Origin: Paraspadella gotoi
Lineage: Eukaryota > Animalia > Chaetognatha
Direction of reading: 5' to 3'
DNA length: 64,000 bases
Assembly: GCA_051294375.1 (NCBI GenBank)
Contig: CM119265.1
Coordinates: 21,168,555 to 21,232,554 of the forward strand
Below the pieces are notes generated by a model. That model had not been told where the DNA came from and searched no databases. It was given only the letters and a program-made list of their open reading frames with translations. Positions 38,101-50,674 of the stretch are shown here, one piece after another. A program made the translations under genes and the position numbers. Each line of letters opens with the position of its first letter. The stretch's first letter is position 1.

Positions 38101-40569
38101 TGGACTCGACCTTCTTGCCTGTGAAAAAAATCGTCACTTTTCATTATCTTCAACTGCAAAACAAAAAGCTTGAAAACCCAATAACTGCTTGTTATCATAA
38201 TAAAATTTTAAAAAATACATAGCTGGCACATTTTTAAACAAGCAAGACATCATTGTGTAAATTGTATATGATAATTTTCTTAAAAAGAAAAAAAGAGAAA
38301 TTTTTTATATCTTACTCATTTTTATTTCTTCTTAAATAAAAAATTTCAACAGAAAAAAAATAATCTCGAGGAAAAAAAAAAAAAATTAAAAATCTACTCA
38401 TCTTGAATGTCCAATCGTTTTTACTGCATTAATAAAAGGTAGAATTTTTTTTAATTTCGCCCTTTTGCCCCCCAAGCCCCTAGACATGGAAGTGCCCCAA
38501 AATTTAAAAAAACATTTTTACTTGATGTGCATACAGCGAACCCGATTCTGAATTTTTGTAATTCTCCTTCAAACATATATTAAATAAACAATAATTATTT
38601 GCGCGAGATGTGACATTGGACAATGCCACTGTAAAGGCTTCTTTCGTTACCCCACTTCCCCGAATTAATTTTTAAACCGAGGTTTTGGTTGTTTTTTCTC
38701 TAATTTGAGACATAACACACTAACTTTTGGTAAATTACTAGTTTTGTCAATTTACACAATCTACTTCCGCGTAATCATCAGCCGGAACGTTTAGCGTGTC
38801 AAAAAAAAAATAGCGGAAAAAAAGAGTAAAACGTTCTGACAAATTTTAAAAATCGATGGAGGAATCTACATCACCCGATTTTTATTCAAATATTTTTTTT
38901 TTCCGCATTAAAATTCAAAAAATTTTATAAAAAGAAAAAAAATTCAAGCTCAAAAAAAAAAAAAAAATTAAAATAAATAAAAAATAAAATAAAAATACGA
39001 TACATAAACAAAACAAAAAAAAAAGATCATGAGAAAATGTCACATTCTATCTTAAACTGATATTCGACCTCCCGAAAGGAAAAAAAAGAGAAAATGCTCC
39101 AAGGTTTCCATTCGATCCTGGAGCCAAATTTGAATTTTTTTTTTGAGGACAGGAGATTGTTTTTCTTTTGCCCTCAATTTTCTTTTTTCTATTTTGAGCT
39201 TTTTTTTTTCTCGGTAGGAATTTCTTTCTCCGGTCGGATTTTTATATTTTGATATTATCGTGGAAAAAGGACGGTAACGGGTCGTAAATTAATGTATCGT
39301 GCGCTGTGTCCGATTGAACAGTACTTTACATGCATTGTGTTTCTATCGTAAATAGTATAAGTTATGAGTATATATTAATATATAGGGCGCTGCCGCATCG
39401 TTCGAATCGAACTTCTGATCAATGATTCCTCTTGATATTTGACTTTCCTATCAAAACTGGCCATGTCCAAGGCCGATGAGTCAAATATACTCCAATCATT
39501 GGTAGATTTCGAAAGGCTAGCTCTTGGGGGAAGCCAGAACGAGGTATGAGCGCGATCGAATTTCCCATTTTTATCATCCCAAGAGAATGGTATTTAAATG
39601 AACTGGTCAGACCGTTTTTTTCCCTTTTCCCAGAAATAAACCTGCTTAATCCTTTTGTAAAAATAGAAACAAATCATACATATTCAGTATGGTTCGGATA
39701 GCCTTATTGTTCTCGACTAGATAAAAAAAGCAAAAGTTTAAATTCTTGCATCTTGAATGCTTGATAATAGCAATCAGAATGAATGGGATTTTAGGGGTTG
39801 AGAAACTTGCATAGGTCAAGCCTGGATTTTTTTTTGTCTTAAGACCATCGGACAAGAAACTGATATTGGTTTTTACTATCCTGTTCAGGTAGACGCGCGG
39901 GTCAAATTAGAGAGTTTAATTAGAACTTTAGAGCAATAAAGGAATATCAATGTTTTGTGCATCGCAAAAGCTCTTTTAAGCGGCGTTCCCGAGTCCTGTA
40001 TGGAAAATGGCGTTGACGTGTTATCCAACCTGAGGACATCAGATTTAAAAATGAAGCGATCGATCATGCGGCGATCCGGGCCAGGATAAATACCCATATT
40101 TCAACGATGGGTTCACCGTATTTTTACGTTTTAGAACGCAGTCTGTATAAATGTTTGAATTTCACGCCTGTGATGTGAGTTGCTCAGGCCGTCGTTGTCC
40201 CTTGTTGTCGTCTCTTATCTATCTCTTGAAGAGACAGTTAAATTATTGTGTATTGTGATAGTGAAGAAAAGCCGTTCAATAAAATCTTAAAAGCACATAG
40301 TGGATCGAGCCTACTCTTTAATCGAAACCAGATAATTGGATCGCGATGATAATCAAAATATTGTGAGCGATGCATAACAATATTGATGCGCAGCATTACC
40401 GAAGCGATGCATCGCGATATCAACCAAATGATGGATGCGATGATAGTCATCTCATGGTGATGCGATGATGTAATATTAATCTGATGCGATGTAGTCCTGC
40501 AATTGATCGGGATATAATCACTTCATTGATGCGATGATAGTCATTCATTGACGTGACAATGACTTGAAA

Positions 40570-41635
40570 AAAGTAATGCATATTGTTAAAAAAAAGTATG
40601 CATACTCTCAAGGAAAAGCTATGCATACTTTTGAAAAAAGTATGCATACTTTTTTCAAAGTATGCATACTTTTTTCAATGTATGATACTTTTTAAAGTAT
40701 GCATACTTTTCTTTAAACTTTTTTCAAAGTATGCATACTTTTTTCAAAGTATGAATCACTCTCTTTTCGAAGTAGTTATACTTTTTTCAAAGTATGCACT
40801 ACTTTTTTCATAGTATCTGTGATACTTTTTTTGAAAAGTATGCATAACTTTTTTGAAGTATGCATCTTTTTTTAAAATATGCATACGTTTTTTGCAGAAG
40901 TGATCGGCCATACTTTTGAGAAGAAAGAATTGCACACATATACTCTTTTTTTCAAAGTAAGATGGCAAGAATTTTATTGAAAGTATGCCATAACTTTTAT
41001 GATCGTCTAACGATATATGCATACTGTAATCCCAAAGTGCATCATACTTTATAAGTATACTTAGGCCATTGACTTATTTTTAAGAATTTTTTCACAAAGT
41101 ATGCATCATATTTTTCAACAGTATGCATACTTTTTCTCAAAGTATGCATACTTTTTTAAAAGTATGCATCACTCTTTTTTAAAATATGCATACTTCTTTT
41201 TGACAACGTATCGATAGCGTGTTATCAAAAGGCTAGTGCATGGCTTTTTCAATATCATACTTTTTATATTTTCTCGTCACCGTAGCGATAGACATGAGAT
41301 CTTTGTTGAATAACTGGCAATACTTTTTTTATAACTTGTTTTTCAAAAGTACTGCGATACTTTTTCAAAGTATGCATACTCTTTTTGAAGTATGTATACT
41401 TTTTTCAAAGTATGCATACTTTCTTTCAGAAGTACGCATACTTTTTTTTCCAAAGTAATGCATCTTTTTTTGAAGTATGCATAACTTTTTTCAACTTGCA
41501 TTACCTTTTTTCAACTTGCATACTTTTTTCAACTTGCATACTTTTTTTCAACTTGTCGGGCATATCTTTTTTCAATTGCAATCCTCATTTTTCAGCTTGC
41601 TACTCTTTTTGCAGACTTATCGCATACTTTTTTAA
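40570..41635. repeat. About 21-bp AT-rich satellite with palindromic core AAAGTATGCATACTTT
   Basis: Dozens of degenerate copies; drifts to TTCAACTTGCATACTTTT at the right end. Confidence 0.85.
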
Positions 41636-42873
41636 CTGATTACCGCTTAAATTATCCTTAGTCAAAATCCGACATTGTTTGCTCAAACCTATGTTCATAA
41701 GTAATAAATGAGTAGGCCGGAATTCAGATTGCAATTTTAAATATTAAACCTATCGTTCATCATGAATTAGTTTAATTAATTTTATTCATTACAGTATGGG
41801 CACTCACACTTTACTTACCATTATCAAGTCATATCTTTTTAATTATAGTTTTTATTGCTATCTCAATATTAAATACTAGGTTTTATCGAAATAAAATTAA
41901 ATGATTTAGAAAGTGAAAAAATTAATAACATCGTGAAGAAGCGATTAGTTGAATTCTTAATCTAGAATTAACGATATTAAATTAGGAGTTTAATTTAATA
42001 GTAGTTGTCTGACTAGGTAAAGGTACATCAGTCAAGAATAATACTTTCAAATCTTACACTTTCTTCTGGCTCTCTTGGTCTTTTTCCCTTTTTTATTCTG
42101 TTATACATTATTGTATATTTTTTGTGATTAATTTGTAAGGATTCCTTTTTTCCGGGCTTCGCTATTCTATTTTCTCTTATAAGGCCCGCCGTTCGCCGCA
42201 TAATCGCTATTATCGGTTACACAAGCTTAGTAACTAGCGCGTAGTTCAAATCCTTATTGGACAAAACGAGTTCGATTTTTGAAGCGAAAGTTGATCGACT
42301 TGAAAGGGCGATTTCTTCGCGACTGTTTTATTGCCAATAACTTTTGAACGGGATTATCCGATTTTTTATGAAATTATTGCATATAGTAAGTAGTAACATT
42401 TTAAATCTCCCTATCGAGTCACTAGCGTATCCATTAGAAAAATTTTATTTAAAATAGCTCAATAGTTTAGAAACAGATGCACATGCCCCAATATATAGTA
42501 TATGAAGTTGTGTTATTCTGGTGATTCGTTTTGAAATCGTAATATTAGTAGATTTTTTTCAATTATAATTTGAAAAAAATAATGTGTTATAACATTATTT
42601 GACTCTGTATGCTAGCTTCCAGCTGCTACTGCTAATCTGTTGATCACACAGATTATCGAACCATATATATATTTTATAGTTACGCAGGCGATAAAATTTT
42701 CGACGTGACAAATTTTTTTCTCACTTTCTTTATTTCTTTTTTCTTTTCTTTCTTTTTTTCTCTTTTTTTTTGTTTGTTTTTTTCTTTTAATGGACGATTC
42801 CCCATAAAAATGAAAAAGAAATCCCAAAACGCAAACATAAAAAAAGTTTGGTTGTGAGAGAGAGAGAGAGAGA

Positions 42874-42920
<47 letters not shown>

Positions 42921-43620
42921 GAGGAGAGAGAGAGAGAGAGAGAGAGACGAGAGCAACCGAAGCCTCCGTGATCCCTGATGCCTTATGGATGGCGTTCCTC
43001 GTCACGAGGAGGAGAGAGAACACATTTAAAATGAATTCAAATTAATTTTCCGAATTCTTTGGCGGCCCGAAAAAAAACCCACGACAACATCAAAAAACTT
43101 GATTGATGACGCAGATAAAAAAGAGAGAGTTGAACGACTCACAGACGAGAGATGAGAGAGAGAGAGAGAGAGAGAGAGCAGAGAGAGGAGAGAGAGAGGA
43201 GAGAGAGAGAGAGAGAGGAGAGATCTGCGAAATCGAGGTGTGGGCGATGAGGGTGAGGATATCAAAAAGGTGAGGTTATGATGCGAACGTGGTGAGAAAG
43301 CCGATGTTTACCTTTGTTTGTTTGGATGATGGATTGAGAATATTTTTTTACCCGCCTATTTTAGAATGAGAGAGATTTCGTTCTCTCTAATTTTATGCCG
43401 TTTTTTTTTTTTTATTTTAACATTCGAAACGTCAACAAATGATATTTTTTAAATTCTTTTAGTTTTCAAACAAAGCTTGATTAGTGAAAAATTTTGTTGG
43501 GTGGATTCTCGGTTTGGCAATGGACAAATGACATTTCTAGAAAGCGATTAAAGTTTAAATAATAGAAAAGAAGAGAGGAAAAAGGAGAAAAGAGACGAAT
43601 TCATAAAAAACTATAGAGAG

Positions 43621-43663
<43 letters not shown>

Positions 43664-44016
43664 AAGAGAGAGAGAGAGAGAGAGAAGAGAGACGGATGCC
43701 TTTGGATTTAAAAAGATTAAAAGACAAGAGAGAAAAGATTTGGAGGGGAATTTGCTTCTTCCATGAATTTTAGATGAGAAAGATAAGAAATGTAAGATAG
43801 AAAAAAAAAAGAAATAAAAGGATTGAAAAAAATAAAAGTATGAAAGAAAGAGAAATAGAAATAAAGAAGAAAGAGAGATAGAAATAATGAAAAAGTGAAA
43901 AAAAAGAATAAGTAAGACAAAAGAATATAGTTATAAAAAGAATGTTTATACTGGATTAAAGATTTAAAAAACACTATAAGTATAAGTAAAAAAAAGATTA
44001 AAAACCAGAGAGAAAA

Positions 44017-44108
<92 letters not shown>

Positions 44109-45271
44109 GGATCTGAAAGCGTTTTCCCTTCCCGGTGAATTATCCCCCTTTTGATGTGAAGCCATTTTCTGGAAACGAGATCCCATAAGGATTTTGCCTC
44201 AGATATGACAATGATGACAAGGGGGATTGCAGACGGATTTACCGCCTTTCAAACCCGCGACGACGACGACGACGACGACGGCGATAATGACGGGGGTCGA
44301 CGGTGACGAGGACCGCGATGACGATGATCGTTACCCCGTGTGCGTTCGCGAGTGACGCCAAAAAAAATCTTTACTATGTTTTAAATATTTAATAAACATA
44401 ATTCATAAGTACATCATTAGTCGGAGAACTACTTGACGTTTTTTATGAATAAGTTTCATTTCGTGTTTAATTTATTTACTATTCTTTGTTTAAATTTTCA
44501 TCTAACACAGTAAAATTGGCAAAAAAAGACCATTTTAGGCGTTTTCTTGATTGAATTAAAAAATATTTATATCATAAGAAAACCCTATTAATGGTCTAAT
44601 CAATGGCGTATCTGAATTATCTTAATGTTGAGTAATTTTTGACTAATGATTTTTTTATTTTTTTTAATTATAAAACTTGAGTTTTCTTTATACAATTCGT
44701 CCAATTAGAAAAAAATGCTGTCCTGAGCATGTTCTTGACAGTTTCTGAATTCTGAATTTAATGATGTAAACGAATTTTAATAATTCCAAGTATTTAATGA
44801 GTAACTAATTTAAAAAGATTTTCTTTTTTAAAAATATTCAGTTTTTTAATGAAGATGAAATTGGATGACCATTAAAGAAAAGTTCTTTTTACATATCAAA
44901 TTAATCTTATGAAATTAAAATAAAATAAACGTCCAGTACTTTGCTACAGAATGAGGAAAAAAAATGTAAAAATATTTATCCAATGAGAAATGGTACGCAT
45001 TTTTTTGGTGTCACTCGCGAACGGACACGGGGTATAACGGCGAATACGACGTCGGAAATCGTGATGATTGCGGCAACGTTGATGATGACGATTATTATGA
45101 AAACTGTGATAACAGTTATTACATTGACAGCAAAGATAGAAATGATAGGATGATAGTAGAGCTGATGACGACGATGATTATATGATGGTGACGATGATAG
45201 GGATGAAAACGACGATGATACTTGATTTCAAGGGGATCAAAGAGGGGGAAGAATGTATAGATTTGTTGGTT

Positions 45272-45353
<82 letters not shown>

Positions 45354-46792
45354 TGACTGAGAGACTGAGAAAGGAAGAAAAAAAGTTTATGTTCTTATCT
45401 TTTGCTTTTACTGGGATTTGAGATTATTTCTCTAACAGAAACCATTTCTGTAACGCGCGATAGATTTCTTCTCGTGAAATCCGCCAGATATTCGCGAGAG
45501 GCGTTGCATGAACGGATTCGACTTCGGAGGAGACCAAGCAGAAAAAGAAATAAGATATGGAAAATGGGAAATGGAAGAAAAGGAGGAGATGAATGAAGGG
45601 TTAAGCGTATGAAAGGTTGAGAGGGAAAGTTGACGGGGAAAAGAGAACAATCATTTAAAGAAATAAAAGAGAATGAAAGAAAAGCTACGGCAAAGCGAAC
45701 AAAGGAATGTAAAAAGGCACAGCGAGAGTGAGATACCCATAAAACGGCAGTAAGCCCTCGTTCTACAGTTTTTTTTCTCAGAAACAAAGATGGCCGCCGC
45801 GCGGCGACTCTAGCGCCACCAATTTCTTCTCTCCTCCGCCGGAGANNNNNNNNNNNNNNNNNNTCTCCCTCCCTCAGTATTTTCTATCTTTTCTCTATTT
45901 TCAGTCTGGGTTTCAAAGGTCAAAAAGAGAAAGAAAGAAAGACGAAAAAAAGGAAGGAAAAAAAAGGAGATCAAGCGGAAAAGAAAAGAGAAGGAGGAAA
46001 TCTTGATTCTTGGCGAAAGATAACCCGAGAATGGAAACCGAAACGCGTGGGAGAAACAGAAAGTGAGAAATGCTATGGGGAAGGAAAACGAGTAAATAGT
46101 TCAATGTTTATGACAAAAGAATTAAACGAACGGAGAACATTGCGTTTAATGACAATACGGATGATAATAATGACGAAGACGAAAGCAAGAAATGTTGCAT
46201 GTTTAAAAATATTTTTTCTCAAGCTTTGCTACAGGTATATCTCAGGGATTGAAATGGAAATTTCAAAAACTGTAGTGAGTTCCTTTTCCGTCTCCATGGC
46301 ATGATAGCTATAAACTGATATATGTTCATTGTAACATTCTTCATATACACATATCAACGAAAGACAATATAATAAAATATAAAAAGAAAAGGTTTAAAAC
46401 GAGGCTGAAAAAAAAAACAAATGATCAATCCAGGTAATTCGCCACGACACCTTGTATCCACTCAAACCTTCGATCATATTTCCCCTTCGAAAGAGACGAA
46501 TCCTTTTCCGAGGAGGCGGGAGAAGCAATCGTAAAAGAATTGACTCCCTCCCCGGAAAGATTTCAATATGGTAATGGGGGACGAGGTGATAAAAGGATTC
46601 TTGGGAAGCCTCTTGAGAAAAAAAGAGAGAGAGAGAAAAAGAGAAGAAAAAAAAACGAGAGACTCGAATATGCTAATGAGATTTTGGTCGTAACCCACTT
46701 TGTCTCGGACAGAGGTTAAGACTTTTTCCAAAGTCTCGCGTAAAAACATCGGAGACGACGTCGGGGGGGGATTTTCGAGCGAACAAAGTCTC

Positions 46793-46918
<126 letters not shown>

Positions 46919-47345
46919 GAGAGTTTTAGAGTTCCCTGCTCTCGGCGCTGTTCACTTATTCTTCTTCTTTTACTTCTTCGTCGTCGTTGACGTTCTTTTC
47001 CTCTTCCTTTTCTCCTTTAGCTTTTTATTTCTTTCTCTCCTTCTTTTTCTTCTTCTCGTGAAAAAAAAAAATTGATCGTTTCTCTTACCCGTTCGTTCGT
47101 TTCGGTCTTCCCGTCAATCTCTGTTCGTTTTCTATTCCTCTCCTACGCAAATCTTACATTCCCCCCCTCTTGACCTCCCCCATCCCCAGCCATACCTCCC
47201 CCCCCCTTTTTTTTAAAAAAAAATCTTCAAATCCCCCACTGAGTCCAGATTTCTCTTATCTCACTTCGTGTTTTGGAATTTATTAGGAGTTTAATCTTTC
47301 TTCTCCTCCTCCCCAAAAACGTCGTCGTTCTCGTCGCCGTCGTTT

Positions 47346-47384
<39 letters not shown>

Positions 47385-48139
47385 TTTAGCGTTTTCGATT
47401 TGTCCTTCGCTTGTGTACATACTATACATATTTACGGAAGAAGGAATAAACGGTAAGTTTGAGAAATTAATTTTCGATCTTTTAAGCAAATCTGGCTAAA
47501 AATCATAGGCGAAAGAATACGTTTGACAGATTGTTTTATTTTCATACAGAATACAAATATTTCGTATCAAAAGAGAAAATATAGAAAAAGTGATGAAGGC
47601 ATATTTTCATTGCGGCATCATAACTGCCGTATCTTCGATTGGTGATCTCCTTTGCGGCATATTCCTTGCAACAATCTCTGGTCTGGATCTCCGGTCAGCC
47701 ACTCATCGTCTTTAAAGGTCCGACGCGAAACGGACAGTGGCGAAGATGAAACAAAAGGCCATCGGAAAGGGAGAAGGCTGGAAAAATTTTTGAAAAACTT
47801 TTTTTTAAAAGAGTGGACAGCTGTGATTTTTCTTTCCCGATAACCATGTGACTCCACAACAAGCATCTATGCTAATTTAAAGGCAAAATAACCAAATATT
47901 TCACAAAATATTCCGCATTAACGTTGCGATATAGTTCGGTAGGGTCAGTCTGCCAAGTATCAACTAAAATGGTTCAGTATTTTATGAATTTTACCGCCAT
48001 GAATTTAATGTTGCGTGATGGATTTTTTAGGTGATCACGAGACTGCACAAGTATGAAACATATGCAATGCACATGGAAGGTCTAAAAATATCATACCTTC
48101 CCACCAAATATGTATTTTATTGATAAAGTTTGACCCGAG

Positions 48140-49534
48140 TTATAAGACCTTAAAATGTAAGTAAAACAGACCGACGGACAGACAGACATACCGACCGACC
48201 GACCGAGAAGTGACCTATAAACAATAAACGGTTTCCATCTCATTAGCCAATATACATCTAAACCTGCAGAATGTTTTAACCTTTTCCAGCGTCGAAGAGA
48301 TGGATTGAGAGATTTTAAGGTCGTCATCAATCGGGGCGTTGCAATCTGCGTCCATACTTTTTTTCCCGCTGCAATATGCATCAAAATCTTCGGACGAAAT
48401 ACTGAAGGGGCGGCGATCTTTAAATTGAAAAAAAAAAAAAAAGATTAATCTTTGTAGTTACATTGGTCTAATGGTCTTCCAATAGAAAAAATAACACTCA
48501 GTTTTGTTTCCTTTTCTATTACTACATCTTTCCATTTGCCAAGATAATTTTTTTTTCATTTCATCACGAGACCAAGCAAGCAACCAACCTCCCCCCCAGC
48601 TTTCCCTCTCCCCCCCCTGAGTAGCCTCGCCTCACCCGCAACATTTCCTCCCGGGAAATAGAAGCAGACGAGATAGTCTTTGCCTGCAGCATTCCCTTTG
48701 TTACAGGCCTTCTTGGAGCAGCCGACTGTCGTCGATTCATTCCAAACAACCTGCGTCCGTGAAAAATAGTTGTTGTTTTATTGTTGTTGTTGTTGTAATC
48801 CAATTTCAGGAAATGCGGGGGGTATGAGTAAAGGGGTCATTTGCTGAAAGAGAATAGGTAGTTAGCAAAAAGCAGAAAGTCTCTCTTTGGTATTATTATA
48901 ATTATTATCGAACAAATTTTATAATTGAGGTGATGACATTAGGGTTAGTAGAATATTTAAAAGCGCAAACGTGCCAATTGTAATTCAAAACTAAAGAAAG
49001 CCCAAAGATTTGTAAATAATCGCCGCATCTGCCTCACCTGAGTGTAATGTCCGCACATTTTCCCTGGAGTGCACGTGTTGTAGCAGTAATTGTAATCTTT
49101 GACCTCAGACACCCAAGAGTCGACAGCGAGTTTGGAGTCGTAAAAGCCAGTCGTTCCCATCCATAAGTTTTCGCCCACCCACCCTTGGATGCCGGTGACT
49201 TCCCTGATGAGAGTGCCATCTGTGTGACCGAAATGACACTTCTCGGCATAGAGTGCCGCCGCCTTCTCCAATTTATAGTTCCAGGTCATCTGGAAGAAAT
49301 TGTACAAAAATTGTGAGGTTAAAAAAGGGATGGTTGATGGTTACTGGGTTATCTGATTCCGGGTTTACTCACTTTGGGCAGCTTAGCCACTGGGGGACAA
49401 GGCTTTACTGTTGCTCTGTGATGGTTGTGAGTGTCAAGAATGACCTGCTGATCGTCGGTCAAGCTTTGCTTTGACATTGCATTGGCGATGACTACAAAGA
49501 AGACCAATGAGACAACAAAACGACCAAACGCCAT
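48140..49534 (-). CDS. CAP/SCP superfamily protein (GLIPR1/PI16/PR-1-like), paralog 1; exons 49534-49373, 49289-49038, 48750-48636, 48417-48281, 48214-48140; about 246 aa
   Basis: Signal peptide MAFGRFVVSLVFFVVIANA; CAP motifs HNHHR, MTWNYKLEKAA, CHFGH, GENLW, W-x-x-E, CGHYTQ|VVW, VGC, LVCFYFPGGN, RRPF; GT-AG introns in consistent phases 0,0,1,0. The last intron and exon are less certain (weak GTTAAA donor). Confidence 0.9.
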
Positions 49535-49743
49535 CTTTCCTTGTCACTGAAGCGATTTTAAAAAAAATACACTGGAAAAAAAAATAGAAAAAGAAAATTA
49601 AAAAAGGAGATCGATAGAAAGGTGAAGTAACCCGGTTATTTAAAATCTTTTTCCCCCTGAAATAGGCTTTTGTCATCTTTGCTCGGTGTTGGATCCTTAA
49701 ACCTAATGTCATTTCTGACCATAATCCAATATCCATACCCTAC

Positions 49744-49831
<88 letters not shown>

Positions 49832-50674
49832 GAGAAAATAAGATTTATAAACTTGAAGACAACAACAAATTTGCAGTCGCAAACCTTAGTGTAGATTTTG
49901 CAAATGGTTTTAGTTGAAGTCATCACGATCATCGTTTTTTATAATAATCATTTGCTGAATGACTAAATTTAATTTTTTTCTAAATATTTTTATTCATCTT
50001 CAATTAAAAATTTTTTTTTTTAAAAATTAGATCGTTGTTGTGGTAGAAAATTTAGCTTTGCAAATTGAAAATTGAAAGTTGAAAATTGCTCTTAAAGATG
50101 AAATTTACTTTATTAATTAGTCTTATCGGATTGGTGTAAAATAAATAATTTTGAAAATCATTTTGGTATTTACTTATGAAGCGGAAGTTTGCGGCAGTTC
50201 TCCCGAATATATCAAGTGCATTATAAAATCAATCACTAAATTGAATAAGAATGATCATGTTTCCGCATGTTTCAATATAGTTTCTCAGCTAATTTTTGAA
50301 AACTCAGATACAGTAAAACTTTTTTCGAATAATTTTTAATTCACATCCATGCTAGATATTCAGTTATTTACATTTTTTTTTTAAATGGAATTGTATCATA
50401 AAGTGCCAAGAAAAAGTGAGTCAAAAATAAGGAAAACCCCTATACTACGATCGATCGTAGTGTTTGAGATACTGAGATCTGATCTCGCCTAATTAAATTT
50501 AAAAAAGAACTCGAGATTCGAATCGAACTGTGTATTACTAATTTACTACTTCACCGATCGAACTATTTAATCTATTAGATAACATAATATTGACAGGATT
50601 CATTAATTGTGTGTTTAATAACATCGATTTTCAAAACTTGATCGCGAAGGCTTTCAAATTCCCGCGCGCCATCT

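Noticed and set aside
40570-41635. CRISPR-like array of palindromic repeats
   Set aside because: No unique spacers, no cas genes, eukaryotic context.
42095-42510. Possible Helentron/DINE-like non-autonomous element
   Set aside because: Only loose inverted similarity at the ends; boundaries cannot be defined from one copy.
47618-47780. Possible further exon downstream of CAP paralog 1
   Set aside because: The CAP1 model already terminates; no compatible donor or recognisable motif.
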